From the NCBI GenBank assembly GCA_028869725.1, contig JAGWRJ010000361.1:1-42693 (forward strand): a stretch of 42,693 nucleotides of DNA, in the 5' to 3' direction. Positions 1 through 10,123 of the stretch are shown in pieces. Position 1 is the stretch's first letter; every line of letters starts with the position of its first letter. The notes under the pieces are model-generated. The model had not been told where the DNA came from, searched no databases, and worked only from the letters and a program-made list of their open reading frames with translations. The translations under genes were made by a program, and so were the position numbers. This stretch comes from Alphaproteobacteria bacterium (GTDB taxonomy: Bacteria; Pseudomonadota; Alphaproteobacteria; Micropepsales; Micropepsaceae).

Positions 1-102
1 CGAGCCGAGACGGGCGCGCTGGCGCTCGCCGGAGCGGTCGCACTGACCGCACGCGCCGTGGAGCGTGCGTTACAGGAGGTGGGGGCGGATGCGCGCGCCT
101 GA
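1..102 (+). CDS. C-terminal fragment of upstream gene, probably Kdo transferase WaaA (partial)
   Basis: Frame 1 is open from base 1 (RAETGALALAGAVALTARAVERALQEVGADARA*) to TGA at 100-102 and overlaps the lpxK start. Identity is inferred only from the usual waaA-lpxK synteny. Confidence 0.5.
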   Translation, partial: RAETGALALAGAVALTARAVERALQEVGADARA

Positions 103-1060
103 GTTCTGGAGCCGCAACGACCTATGCGCGCGCTGGATCGGCGCCGGGCTCGCACCTCTGGGTTGGGTGTATGGCGCAAGCGTGGCGTACAAATCAGCCC
201 GCGCCCGGCCCTATCGGGCGAGGGCTCAGGTAATCTGCGTCGGCAATCTGACCGTAGGCGGCACAGGCAAGACCCCGCTGGCGCTGGTGATCTATGAGAT
301 GCTGCACCAGAGCGGTCGGCGACCGGTATTTCTAAGCCGGGGCTATGGCGGAGTGCAGCGCGGCCCTCTTCTCGTCGATCCGGCAGACATGACGGCCGCC
401 GAAGTGGGTGACGAGCCTCTGCTGCTGGCCCACCACGGCGCGGTGATCGTCGCCCGCGACCGTGGCGCGGGCGCACGCCTTGCAGACACGATGGGATTTG
501 ATGCCATCGTTATGGACGATGGCCACCAGAACTTTGCTCTCGCCAAGGATCTGTCGCTGGTGGTTATCGATGGCGAGTTGGGTTTCGGCAATGGTCGGCT
601 GGTGCCCGCAGGGCCATTGCGCGAATCCCTGACGCAGGGACTGGCACGGGCGGACGCCGTGATCGTCATCGGCGGCACAGCCCCTGACCTCGGCAGCTAT
701 CGCGAGCCGGTTCTGCATGGCGCGTTCGTCGCAGACTGTGCATCCTGGAAAGGGCGGCGCGCAGTTGCCTTTGCCGGAATCGGCCGGCCGCAGAAATTCT
801 TCACGACCCTAAGGGCTTGTGGCGTCGATCTCGCGGAATGCGTTGCCTTTGCCGATCATCATCCTTACACCGCAGATGAGCTCGCCTGCCTCGCCCGCAC
901 CGCCAAACTTCATGATGCCATGCTGATCACCACCGAAAAGGACTATGTACGCCTCATGCCGGAGCAGCGCGCAGGTATTTGCGTGCTCGCAATCAAGATG
1001 CAGCTGCGCGAGCCGGAACGCCTGCAGAGCTTGATCGACAGGGCGCAGGTTCGGTCATGA
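89..1060 (+). CDS. lpxK: Tetraacyldisaccharide 4'-kinase
   Basis: CVGNLTVGGTGKTP P-loop, SRGYGG, GDEP, MDDGHQ, PAGPLRE, TTEKD motifs. AGGAGG RBS at 74-79 precedes ATG 89. Confidence 0.95.
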   Translation: MRAPEFWSRNDLCARWIGAGLAPLGWVYGASVAYKSARARPYRARAQVICVGNLTVGGTGKTPLALVIYEMLHQSGRRPVFLSRGYGGVQRGPLLVDPADMTAAEVGDEPLLLAHHGAVIVARDRGAGARLADTMGFDAIVMDDGHQNFALAKDLSLVVIDGELGFGNGRLVPAGPLRESLTQGLARADAVIVIGGTAPDLGSYREPVLHGAFVADCASWKGRRAVAFAGIGRPQKFFTTLRACGVDLAECVAFADHHPYTADELACLARTAKLHDAMLITTEKDYVRLMPEQRAGICVLAIKMQLREPERLQSLIDRAQVRS

Positions 1061-2061
1061 CGATACCAACGCGTCCGACCGGGCTGTCGCTCTACTGGCG
1101 CCTGCGTTACCGCGCGGAGGCTGCTCTCTTCTTTGCCTTCATGGGGATTTTTCGGCTCCTTTCTGTCGATGCAGCCTCTGCGCTTGGTGGCTTCATAGGC
1201 CGTCATCTGCTCGCACATACGCCCATCGATGCGCGTGCACAGCGCAATCTCGAGGCCGCCTATCCCGACAAGTCGCCGGCCGAACTTGCCGCAATACGCA
1301 AAGAGATGTGGGACAATCTCGGCCGTACCATCGCCGAGTATCCGCATTTGGATGCCTTCCGCATGCGTGGCGATCAGCCCCGTATCCTGGTCGATGGACT
1401 TGAACATGTGCGCTGGGCGCAGCAGACCGGAAAAGGAATCATCTTCCTCTCCGGACACTTCGCCAACTGGGAGATCCTGCCGATCACAGCGGCCGATTAT
1501 GGGTTGGACGGCGGTATGGTATATCGGCCCGTCAACAATCCCTACGTCGACGCTTGGACCGTTGCACAGCGCACCCGCAATGGGCCGAAGCAGTGCATTT
1601 CAAAGGGGGTACAGGGAACGCGGCGCATATTTTCGCTACTGCGTCAGGCCAAGGCGATCTTCATCCTGGTCGACCAGAAAACCAATGAGGGCATCCCGGC
1701 ACAATTCTTTGGCCGCGTAGCGATGACCACGCCGGCTCCGGCAGTTCTGGCCCTCAAGGTCGGGGCGGTTCTTCTGCCCACAACCAATGAACGCGTAGAT
1801 GGAGCCCACTTCAGGGTTACGGTTCATCCACCCATCATTCCGGTTGCAAGCGACGATCATGATCGTGACGTGCTCAACCTGACACAGCAGATCAACGACG
1901 TCATCGAGGCAGTAGTCCGCAAACGTCCCTCGCAGTGGCTTTGGATCCACCGGCGCTGGCCCAAAGCCGGCGACCAACCACGGTCGCGACGGGGCAGAAC
2001 AGCTCAGGCCCTTGGCGGCAACGGTGTCGGTGTCGACAGTGATGGATCAAGCTTGACCTGA
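1057..2061 (+). CDS. lpxL: Lipid A lauroyl/myristoyl acyltransferase (HtrB/LpxL family)
   Basis: HFANWE acyltransferase motif, LVDQK, FFGR, QWLWIHRRW. ATGA overlap with the lpxK stop. Confidence 0.85.
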   Translation: MTIPTRPTGLSLYWRLRYRAEAALFFAFMGIFRLLSVDAASALGGFIGRHLLAHTPIDARAQRNLEAAYPDKSPAELAAIRKEMWDNLGRTIAEYPHLDAFRMRGDQPRILVDGLEHVRWAQQTGKGIIFLSGHFANWEILPITAADYGLDGGMVYRPVNNPYVDAWTVAQRTRNGPKQCISKGVQGTRRIFSLLRQAKAIFILVDQKTNEGIPAQFFGRVAMTTPAPAVLALKVGAVLLPTTNERVDGAHFRVTVHPPIIPVASDDHDRDVLNLTQQINDVIEAVVRKRPSQWLWIHRRWPKAGDQPRSRRGRTAQALGGNGVGVDSDGSSLT

Positions 2062-2834
2062 AACCAGTTCAGACCCCAGTGCAGATTGGGTCCGGTAGCC
2101 CGTCCGGTCACGCCAATCGTTCCGATGCGCTGGCCTCGGCGGACATGCTCGCCGAGCTTCACCGCGATGACGCTCTGGTGCACGTAGCAGGTTGACACGC
2201 CCTGGCCGTGATCGAGCAGTGTGAGATTGCCATCCAGTACGTAGTCAGAGCCAATCAGGGAGACGACGCCATCTGCCGGTGCACGAATGGGTGTTCCAGC
2301 TGGCGCGGCGATATCGATACCCAGATGCGGAGCCCGAGGCTGGCCATCCAGAACGCGCTGGCTGCCATAAACCGATGTGACGATCCCCGCGACTGGCCAG
2401 TCAAGACCGCCAGCAAACCAGACTGCGTCCGTCGTGCGCGTGCGCGCCTGTGCGATGGCCAGCGCCTCGTCGTGAATGCGCTGCAGGACCTGAGGCGGCG
2501 GAGAAACCTCATTTTCCGGCAACCCATTGATCCGCTGGACTTCGTAGATCCGCGGCATGATATCGACCTGCCGATGCGCGAGCCTGCTGCCGCTTCTGGC
2601 CTCGATCTGCGCAGAGCCGGTGCGGTCATAGGCAATGCCGAAGGTGAACGCTCCGTCGGCGCCAACCTCCACCGGCTCACCATCAACGCGGACCTGGGCG
2701 CCGGCCCGGCTCCTGCCCACGACAAGCTTGCCCTGCTCGGCGGCCGCAGGCACCGCCAGGAGCGGATCATCTGCCCATGCCGGTAGCATCCAGCCAATGG
2801 CACCCAGCGCTAGAAGATCGCGGCGCGCAATCAC
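2004..2834 (-). CDS. M23 (LytM) family peptidase homologue with twin-arginine-like signal peptide
   Basis: HLGID (HxxxD), YVHQS, and GPNLHW at the HxH position. N-terminus MIARRDLLALG...AWA. Confidence 0.85.
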   Translation of the reverse strand: MIARRDLLALGAIGWMLPAWADDPLLAVPAAAEQGKLVVGRSRAGAQVRVDGEPVEVGADGAFTFGIAYDRTGSAQIEARSGSRLAHRQVDIMPRIYEVQRINGLPENEVSPPPQVLQRIHDEALAIAQARTRTTDAVWFAGGLDWPVAGIVTSVYGSQRVLDGQPRAPHLGIDIAAPAGTPIRAPADGVVSLIGSDYVLDGNLTLLDHGQGVSTCYVHQSVIAVKLGEHVRRGQRIGTIGVTGRATGPNLHWGLNWFQVKLDPSLSTPTPLPPRA

Positions 2835-3058
2835 TTTGGGGTAAGACCCGCTGCCGAAAAGCGCTTGAGGGCTTCAGCCGGCGACGCATACGCTTCCTGA
2901 AGGTCAACGCTCCAATAGCGCAGAGCATCCAGTGGAATCTGCACACCTGAGACCGCGCACACGACATAGGAGCCGGAGCGAACGATACGGTATTCGCCGT
3001 CCACATATTCAAGTACGGCCTCGCCATCCGGCCGAAAATCGCGATCCATTCGGTTCAT
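2831..3058 (-). CDS. DUF2093 family small protein
   Basis: GSYVVCAVSG..IPLDALRYWSVDLQEAY signature. Typical position between xseA and M23 genes. Confidence 0.8.
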   Translation of the reverse strand: MNRMDRDFRPDGEAVLEYVDGEYRIVRSGSYVVCAVSGVQIPLDALRYWSVDLQEAYASPAEALKRFSAAGLTPK

Positions 3059-3124
3059 GGTGTATCCCGTCTCTGACTGAAGGTAAGCTACATGCTGGTC
3101 GAATTGAAGGCCCGGCCTGTGCTT

Positions 3125-4564
3125 TTATGCCTGTCCGTCGTCCTGCTCTGCGAACAGCGCCCCCTGCGCCTGGGCCGCCCCTGATGTGATCGCAGGTGTT
3201 TTTTTTCGCGGGTCACCCGTGACTACTGCCCCGCGCGCGCCATCGGCAAAGATCAGCTCAAGACGTTCACCCGCTTCCAGCTCCCTGGCTGAGCGGCGCA
3301 GATGGCCGTCGGTGCCCCGCACGAGGGCAAAGCCACGCGCCAGAGCCGAGCGATGGCTCGCACTCTCGAGAATGCGGCCAAGTCCCTCGATCTTGCGCTG
3401 AAGCTCACCGCGATGCGCGGTCATGGCGCGACGAAGGCGCTGGGCGAGCACCCCGGCCCGTTCGCCACCGGTGTCCAGCTGACGGCGGACGGTCGCGGGC
3501 CGCAGGAGCGCTGCGACCGTGACGAGATCCTGCCGGTGTCCTGCCAGATTGCGCTGGAGCACATGTGACAGCCGTTCGATTGCCGCATCCAGTCGCTGAC
3601 GTGGTGCTGCGAATACGTTCCCAGCGCGGGGCAGCGCACGGACTAGACCGTGCAACCTGGTCCGGCGCTCGCTCATGGCCCGCGCGAAACTGCGTTCGCT
3701 GCGTCGCTCCAGCTCGCGTAGTTGACTGATAAGATCGGCACGGACCGGCACGGCAATTTCGGCCGCCGCAGTGGGCGTGGGTGCGCGGCGATCGGCCGCG
3801 TAATCGATCAAGGTCGTATCTGTCTCATGGCCTATAGCCGAGATCAGTGGAATGGCGCTGGCCGCGGCCGCGCGCACCACCGCCTCGTCGTTAAACGCCA
3901 TCAGATCCTCGATCGAGCCACCACCGCGCGCAACGATCAGAACGTCGGGCCTCGGAACTGGGCCTCCCTGCCCAAGGGCATTGAACCCCTCGATGGCTGC
4001 CGCAATTTCTGCTGCAGCCCTGTCGCCCTGGACCGGCACCGGCCACAGCAGTACCGGGCGCGGAAAGCGCTCATCGATCCGGTGCAGGATGTCGCGGATT
4101 ACGGCGCCGGTAGGCGAGGTCACAACCCCGATCAGCTCCGGCAGAAAGGGAAGCGGCTTCTTGCGCGCACTGTCGAACAGCCCTTCGGCCGCGAGCTTCT
4201 GCTTGCGCTGCTCGATGAGAGCCATCAGGGCTCCGGTCCCGGCCAGTTCCAGCTGTTCGACGATAAGCTGATAGCGCGAGCTGCCGGCATAGGTGGTGAT
4301 CCGGCCGCTGCAGACCACCTCCATTCCGGCTTCGGGGCGCAGGCGAAGCGCCCGCGCAGTCGGCCGCCAGATGATGGCGTTCAGGACTGATTTTTCATCC
4401 TTGAGGTCAAAATAGACATGGCCTGAGGCGGCAGTCTTGAGGCCACTGATTTCACCGCGCACGCGGACAAAGCCAAACGCATCTTCCACCGTACGCCGTA
4501 GCGCGGTGGACAGTTCGCTCACCGTGAATTCTGGGAGGTTGAGACGCGGAGAAGCTTCGCTCAT
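3125..4564 (-). CDS. xseA: Exodeoxyribonuclease VII large subunit
   Basis: OB-fold [53 protein letters not shown]. Confidence 0.96.
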   Translation of the reverse strand: MSEASPRLNLPEFTVSELSTALRRTVEDAFGFVRVRGEISGLKTAASGHVYFDLKDEKSVLNAIIWRPTARALRLRPEAGMEVVCSGRITTYAGSSRYQLIVEQLELAGTGALMALIEQRKQKLAAEGLFDSARKKPLPFLPELIGVVTSPTGAVIRDILHRIDERFPRPVLLWPVPVQGDRAAAEIAAAIEGFNALGQGGPVPRPDVLIVARGGGSIEDLMAFNDEAVVRAAAASAIPLISAIGHETDTTLIDYAADRRAPTPTAAAEIAVPVRADLISQLRELERRSERSFARAMSERRTRLHGLVRALPRAGNVFAAPRQRLDAAIERLSHVLQRNLAGHRQDLVTVAALLRPATVRRQLDTGGERAGVLAQRLRRAMTAHRGELQRKIEGLGRILESASHRSALARGFALVRGTDGHLRRSARELEAGERLELIFADGARGAVVTGDPRKKTPAITSGAAQAQGALFAEQDDGQA

Positions 4565-4610
4565 GGCATATTCATGCTACATCGCGTCCAGGAATGCACC
4601 CTGTAAGAGG

Positions 4611-5903
4611 ATGAGTTCAGTGGACGTCTTGCTGGTCGGGTCCGGTGCCCGGGAACATGCGCTGGCCTGGAAACTGCGACAGAGCCCCCTTCTCGGCCGC
4701 CTGTATTGCGCCCCTGGTAATGCCGGCATCGCAGCAGTCGCCGAATGTGTCGCAATCGGTGCCGAGGATCTCGACGGCCTCGTTGAATTTGCCCGCACGG
4801 CGCGGGTTGACTTCGTACTTGTGGGGCCGGAAGCCCCCCTCGTCGGCGGCCTTGCGGACCGCATGGCCGCCGCAGGAATTTTGGCCCTGGGTCCGGGTGC
4901 TGACGCCGCCCAGCTCGAAGGTTCCAAGGGTTTTGTGAAAGACCTGTGCCGCAGCCACAATATTCCCACCGCGGCCTATGAGCGCTTCCGGGCGCCCACG
5001 CCGGCCAAGGCTTACGCGGCGCAGTTGGGTTATCCAGTGGTGATCAAGGCCGACGGTCTGGCCGCCGGCAAAGGCGTGGTGATCGCAGCCAACGCGGCCG
5101 AGGCCGACGCGGCGATCGAGGCCATGTTCGATGGCGCCTTCGGCGCTGCCGGCCAGCAGATTGTGGTCGAAGAGTTTCTTGACGGCGAAGAGCTCAGCTT
5201 CTTCGTCCTCAGCGACGGACGCCAGGCGCTGTTTCTTGGTGCAGCTCAGGACCACAAGCGCGTCGGGGACGGCGATGTCGGACCCAACACAGGAGGCATG
5301 GGCGCTTACTCGCCTACACCGCTCATCACCCCGAAGCTCCAGGATGAGATCATGGGCTTGATCGTGCATCCCACAATCGCGGCCATGGCGGCGGCCGGTA
5401 CGCCCTATCGCGGTGTGCTCTTTGCCGGACTGATGCTGACGGACGAAGGACCCAAGCTCATCGAGTTCAATTGCCGCTTTGGGGATCCCGAATGTCAGGT
5501 GCTCATGCTGCGCCTTACGAGCGACCTGCTGCCAGCGCTGGTCGCCGCCGCCCGAGGCGATTTGAAGGGCATGACCCTTAAGTGGAGCCCTGAAGTGGCC
5601 CTCACCGTGGTCATGGCGGCGAAAGGCTATCCGGGAGCCTATGCCAAGGGCACCGTGATCCGGGGCCTCGACCGCCAGGGCGGCTTGCCCGACGCCCTGG
5701 TCTTTCATGCCGCAACGTCAAAAGACGGCGATCAGCTCGTTGCAAATGGCGGGCGCGTGCTGTCCGTCAGCGCCCGCGGCAAAAGCGTGCACGAGGCGCA
5801 GGCCCGCGCCTATGCTGCCGTGGACCGGATCGACTGGCCTCAGGGATTTTGCCGGCGCGACATCGGCTGGCGTGCGGTAGCCCGTGAGCGGGTACGGGAT
5901 TAA
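4611..5903 (+). CDS. purD: Phosphoribosylamine-glycine ligase
   Basis: [50 protein letters not shown]. Start is ATG 4611 or GTG 4620. Confidence 0.96.
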   Translation: MSSVDVLLVGSGAREHALAWKLRQSPLLGRLYCAPGNAGIAAVAECVAIGAEDLDGLVEFARTARVDFVLVGPEAPLVGGLADRMAAAGILALGPGADAAQLEGSKGFVKDLCRSHNIPTAAYERFRAPTPAKAYAAQLGYPVVIKADGLAAGKGVVIAANAAEADAAIEAMFDGAFGAAGQQIVVEEFLDGEELSFFVLSDGRQALFLGAAQDHKRVGDGDVGPNTGGMGAYSPTPLITPKLQDEIMGLIVHPTIAAMAAAGTPYRGVLFAGLMLTDEGPKLIEFNCRFGDPECQVLMLRLTSDLLPALVAAARGDLKGMTLKWSPEVALTVVMAAKGYPGAYAKGTVIRGLDRQGGLPDALVFHAATSKDGDQLVANGGRVLSVSARGKSVHEAQARAYAAVDRIDWPQGFCRRDIGWRAVARERVRD

Positions 5904-5986
5904 TGGGCGCGAGCGATCTTGTGCCCGCGGCCCTGAACGGCTCAAATTCATTCCGACCTGCAATTGCTATCTGAGGAGTAGAGCGC

Positions 5987-7078
5987 GTGAGCGAAAGCGA
6001 CGATCGTCAGGAGAAGTTCTCCGGAACCAAGGAGGTGGCCGAGCGCTACCGCTTCGACACCAAGCGCCTGGCCGACTATCTGGCGTCGCGAATCGAGGGC
6101 TTCCAGAACCCGCTGGAGGTACGTCAGTTCAAGGGCGGTCAATCGAACCCCACCTACCAGCTGATCACGCCCAATCGCAAATATGTCCTGCGACGCAAAC
6201 CGCCGGGCAAGCTCCTGCCCTCCGCGCATGCGGTCGATCGCGAATACAAGGTCATACACGCCCTTTATCCGACCGGCTTTCCTGTCGCCAAACCCTATCT
6301 GCTGTGTGAGGACGAGAGCGTTATCGGGACAACATTCTACGTGATGGAATGCGTGGAGGGCAGGATCTACTGGGGTCCATTGCTTCCCGACTGTTCTGCA
6401 CGCGAACGCACGGCCATTTACGATGCCATGAACGAAACCCTGGCGCGGCTGCATCAGCTCGACTATCGCAAGCTAGGGCTCGAGGACTTCGGCAAACCGG
6501 GCAACTACATTGCCCGGCAGATTGCGCGCTGGACCAAGCAGTACAAGCTGTCGGAGACCGAGACCATTGTCGAGATGGACAAGCTGATCGACTGGTTGCC
6601 GGCAAATCTCCCCCCCGGCGAACGCAGCTCGATCGTCCATGGCGATTACCGACTCGACAACATGATCCTTCATCCGACCGAGCCAAAAGTCCTTGCGGTG
6701 CTCGACTGGGAACTTTCGACGATCGGCGATCCCATGGCCGACTTTACCTACCATCTGATGCAGTGGCAGATGCCCCCCGGCGGCGGCACCGCAGGCACCA
6801 CGACCCTGGTCGGTAGCGACCTGAAATCGTTAGGAATTCCTACTCTCGAAGCCTACACCGCGCAGTATTGCGCGCGCACCGGGCGCGACACGATTCCCAA
6901 CATGGACTATTACGCGGCATATAATTTCTTTCGGCTTGCCGGCATCCTGCAGGGCATTGTCGGACGCGTACGCGACGGTACGGCTGCCAATGCCAATGCG
7001 GCACAAAATGCCGAGGCGGTGCGGCCTCTCGCTAGGAGAGCCTGGGAGTTTGCCAAGCGTGCAGGCGCTACGGACTGA
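5987..7078 (+). CDS. APH-family phosphotransferase (LvaA / ACAD10-11 kinase-domain-like)
   Basis: GGQSNPTY, LRRKPPGKLLPSAHAVDRE, HGDYRLDN, VLDWELSTIGDP. GAGGAG RBS precedes the GTG. Confidence 0.88.
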   Translation: MSESDDRQEKFSGTKEVAERYRFDTKRLADYLASRIEGFQNPLEVRQFKGGQSNPTYQLITPNRKYVLRRKPPGKLLPSAHAVDREYKVIHALYPTGFPVAKPYLLCEDESVIGTTFYVMECVEGRIYWGPLLPDCSARERTAIYDAMNETLARLHQLDYRKLGLEDFGKPGNYIARQIARWTKQYKLSETETIVEMDKLIDWLPANLPPGERSSIVHGDYRLDNMILHPTEPKVLAVLDWELSTIGDPMADFTYHLMQWQMPPGGGTAGTTTLVGSDLKSLGIPTLEAYTAQYCARTGRDTIPNMDYYAAYNFFRLAGILQGIVGRVRDGTAANANAAQNAEAVRPLARRAWEFAKRAGATD

Positions 7079-7161
7079 CCCTTTGCGGCCGAAAGACTTG
7101 CTTAAACCGTCTTAGGTACCATTCCCGCTCGGCCCAAAGCCATCAGGACTGGAGCGGAGCT

Positions 7162-8715
7162 ATGACGGCAGCAGGTGATGATGCAGCAACTGAGCGCGCG
7201 CTGGCGCGCGCGCAGCTGCAACTCGCCCTGACCGAGCGGGTTGCCCGCGTCGGCTCGTGGCGCATGGATCTACGCACCGGTGAAACCACATGGTCGGAAG
7301 GGCTCTACGCTCTTCTTGGCATGGAACCACAGCGGATGTCGGCGTCCCCCGGTGGTTGGATCCTGGAATCGGTCGAGCCGGATGACGTCGCCGCCTCACA
7401 GGCAGAAATCGCCCGCGCCATCGACGAGCGCCGGCCATTCCGTTACCGCACCCGTACCAGGAGCAATGCCAGTCATATCGCAGTGTGCGAGACGCAGGGG
7501 GACATCGAGTACGACACTGAAGGCAATCCCGTGGCGCTCATCGCGGTCTGCAGCGACGTGACCGAACTCGCCGACAAGCACGATGTGATGGTACGTATCC
7601 AGGAATGGTACCGTTGCCTCGCCGATCAGGCATCCGACATCATCATCCTCTACAACAGCGCAGGAGAGGTGATCTTTGCTTCAGACGCATTACAGCGCCT
7701 GCTTGGGCGCTCACCTGCAGACATCGGTGGCGGGCGCTTCGTTCAGTATGTTCACCCCGAGGACCTCCACGAAGCCAACAGGCTGGTTGCCAATCCTGCT
7801 CCCGGCGAGACCCTGACGGCGACATATCGCGTGCGTCACAATGACGGCCATTACCTCTGGATGGAATCAACCTCGCGCGGCATTTATGCCGGAGGCAGGC
7901 TGCTCAACATCATCGGCGTGTCGCGCGACATTACGGCCCGCAAACGTCAAGAATCCGAAACCGCCAAAGCACGCGACGAAGCGGTCGCAGCGAACATCGC
8001 CAAGTCGACATTCCTTGCCAATATGAGTCATGAGTTACGCACGCCGCTGAATGCCATCATCGGTTTTGCCGAAATCATGCGCCGCCAGATGTTCGGCCCA
8101 CTCGGCAGCGAACAATATGCCGACTACGCGCACCTCATCCATGAGTCAGGTCAGCTTTTGCTCGAACTGATATCTGACGTGCTGGACATGGCCAAGATCG
8201 AGGCCGGAAAACTGGAACTGAATTTTGAAATGCTGCCGCTCAACCTCATCATTGAGGACTGCCTGCGACTGATCGAGGAACGGGCACGGCAGAACGCGGT
8301 TAGTTTGGTGACCCGTCTTGCCGACGCCGTCCCAACGGTCGAAGCCGATCGCCGCGCCATCAAGCAGATCCTGCTCAATCTGTTGTCGAATGCCGTCAAG
8401 TTCACGATGCGTGGCGGCTGTATCACCGTACGCACCGGTCTTAGCGAAGGAGGACTGCTTCTTAGTGTCGAGGACGACGGCGTGGGCATTCCCGCTGAAG
8501 ATCTGCCCCGTCTCGGCAGTCCGTTCGAGCAGGCCCGTACCGACGCCACGCTGTCTGCCGGCGGTGCGGGGCTTGGTCTGGCGCTGGTGCGTGCCCTTGC
8601 AGAGAAGCACGGCGGATGGTTGCGCATCGAAAGCGAGCAGGGGCTGGGAACCACGGTCAAGGTCTGGCTACCACGGACCCAGCACGACCGCCTGCAAAAA
8701 GAAGCGGCGGCCTGA
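7162..8715 (+). CDS. Cytoplasmic PAS-PAS sensor histidine kinase (PleC/DivJ-like H-box)
   Basis: Two PAS/PAC-like regions (VEPDD, VHPED...SRDIT), FLANMSHELRTPLNAIIGF, N-box NLLSNAVKF, DDGVG, GAGLGL. No obvious TM segment. Confidence 0.9.
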   Translation: MTAAGDDAATERALARAQLQLALTERVARVGSWRMDLRTGETTWSEGLYALLGMEPQRMSASPGGWILESVEPDDVAASQAEIARAIDERRPFRYRTRTRSNASHIAVCETQGDIEYDTEGNPVALIAVCSDVTELADKHDVMVRIQEWYRCLADQASDIIILYNSAGEVIFASDALQRLLGRSPADIGGGRFVQYVHPEDLHEANRLVANPAPGETLTATYRVRHNDGHYLWMESTSRGIYAGGRLLNIIGVSRDITARKRQESETAKARDEAVAANIAKSTFLANMSHELRTPLNAIIGFAEIMRRQMFGPLGSEQYADYAHLIHESGQLLLELISDVLDMAKIEAGKLELNFEMLPLNLIIEDCLRLIEERARQNAVSLVTRLADAVPTVEADRRAIKQILLNLLSNAVKFTMRGGCITVRTGLSEGGLLLSVEDDGVGIPAEDLPRLGSPFEQARTDATLSAGGAGLGLALVRALAEKHGGWLRIESEQGLGTTVKVWLPRTQHDRLQKEAAA

Positions 8716-8728
8716 GTAGCCGCCGCTT
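8702..8728. terminator. Probable intrinsic (possibly bidirectional) terminator between convergent genes
   Basis: 10-bp stem AAGCGGCGGC / GCCGCCGCTT with a 7-nt loop. The A-run at 8696-8700 gives a U-tract on the minus strand. Confidence 0.6.
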
Positions 8729-8764
8729 TCCTGTCGACTTGAAATATAAACTGCCCTCCGGCCC

Positions 8765-9997
8765 CTATCCGCGACCCGGCATGTTCATGTGCTTGCCATA
8801 TTCGAGACGGGCAATAGTGCGGCAATGCACCTCGTCTGGACCGTCGGCCAGGCGCAATGTGCGCTGACTGGCATACATGCGCGCCAGCCCAGAGTCCGTG
8901 GTAACGCCGGCACCACCCCACGCCTGGATCGCGTCGTCGATGACCTTGAGGGCCATGCGCGGCGCCGCCACCTTGATTTCGGCGATTTCCGTCCGCGCCA
9001 CCTTGTTGCCTACCTTGTCCATCATGTCGGCAGCCTTGAGCGTGAGCAGTCGGCACATGTCAATATTGATGCGCGCCTCTGCCACGCGCTGCTCCCACAC
9101 TGAATGCTCGGAGATCCGCTTGCCAAAGGCTTCGCGCGCCATCAGCCGCTTGCACATCAGTTCAAGCGCCCGTTCAGCCACACCAATGGTCCGCATGCAG
9201 TGATGGATGCGTCCTGGCCCAAGGCGGCCTTGTGCAATTTCAAAGCCGCGGCCTTCGCCCAGGATCATATTATCAACGGGGACCTTCACGTTCTCGAACA
9301 GAACCTCGCCATGACCATGCGGTGCATCGTCGTAGCCGAACACTGGCAGCATGCGCTTGACGGTGACGCCAGGCGTGTTCATGGGAACGAGGATCTGCGA
9401 CTGCTGGCGATAGCGATCGGCTTCCAGATCGGTTTTGCCCATGACGATCATGATCTTGCAACGTGGATCACCAACCCCCGATGACCACCATTTGCGGCCG
9501 TTGATTATGTAATGGTCGCCCTTGCGCTCGATGCGGGTGGCAATATTGGTGGCATCGGAAGAAGCAACCGCGGGTTCCGTCATGATAAAGGCCGAACGAA
9601 TTTCACCGACAAGCAGGGGCTTTAGCCATGCTTCCTGCTGCGCGGGCGAGCCATAGCGTTCCAGCACCTCCATGTTGCCGGTATCCGGCGCAGAACAGTT
9701 GAAGACTTCGGAGGCAAAGCCGACACGGCCCATCAGTTCTGCGAGCGGGGCATATTCCAGATTTGTAAGGCCGGCGCCATTTTCGCTTTCATTGAGAAAC
9801 AGATTCCACAGCCCCTGGGCCTTGGCCTTCTGCTTCAGTTCCTCGACTACGGGGACCACGATCCAGGGATTACCCTTCTCGCGGGCCTCGGTCATCTGGG
9901 CCGTATAGGTTTCCTCTGCGGGATAGATGTAGCGGTCCATGAAATCGCCCACCCGGCGGATCCACTCCTTCTGGCGCGGCGAATAGTCAAAATCCAT
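8765..9997 (-). CDS. Acyl-CoA dehydrogenase (ACAD10/11, LvaC-like)
   Basis: [69 protein letters not shown] precedes ATG 9997. Confidence 0.92.
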   Translation of the reverse strand: MDFDYSPRQKEWIRRVGDFMDRYIYPAEETYTAQMTEAREKGNPWIVVPVVEELKQKAKAQGLWNLFLNESENGAGLTNLEYAPLAELMGRVGFASEVFNCSAPDTGNMEVLERYGSPAQQEAWLKPLLVGEIRSAFIMTEPAVASSDATNIATRIERKGDHYIINGRKWWSSGVGDPRCKIMIVMGKTDLEADRYRQQSQILVPMNTPGVTVKRMLPVFGYDDAPHGHGEVLFENVKVPVDNMILGEGRGFEIAQGRLGPGRIHHCMRTIGVAERALELMCKRLMAREAFGKRISEHSVWEQRVAEARINIDMCRLLTLKAADMMDKVGNKVARTEIAEIKVAAPRMALKVIDDAIQAWGGAGVTTDSGLARMYASQRTLRLADGPDEVHCRTIARLEYGKHMNMPGRG

Positions 9998-10123
9998 AAC
10001 GTCCTCCTTGGGGAACCCCCCTGTTGGAAAATAGCGATAGCGAAGTCTAACGCTCTTTAAGTCACCCCGACCAGCCCTCGGCCTCATTGACTTGTGCCAA
10101 GAGGCGCGGCAAGCAGCGTCGCC

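Noticed and set aside
2004-2061. 58-bp convergent overlap of lpxL and the M23 gene
   Set aside because: It involves only the non-conserved LpxL tail after HRRW. Short convergent overlaps are common in compact GC-rich genomes.
4617-5708. Long antisense ORFs (also 11888-12895, 27291-28217, 40108-41181, 41496-42404)
   Set aside because: They lie opposite well-supported genes, have no recognisable motifs, and are expected from GC-rich codon bias.
7102-7115. TTAA-N6-TTAG upstream of the histidine kinase as a CtrA box
   Set aside because: The spacing is 6 rather than 7 and the second half-site is imperfect.
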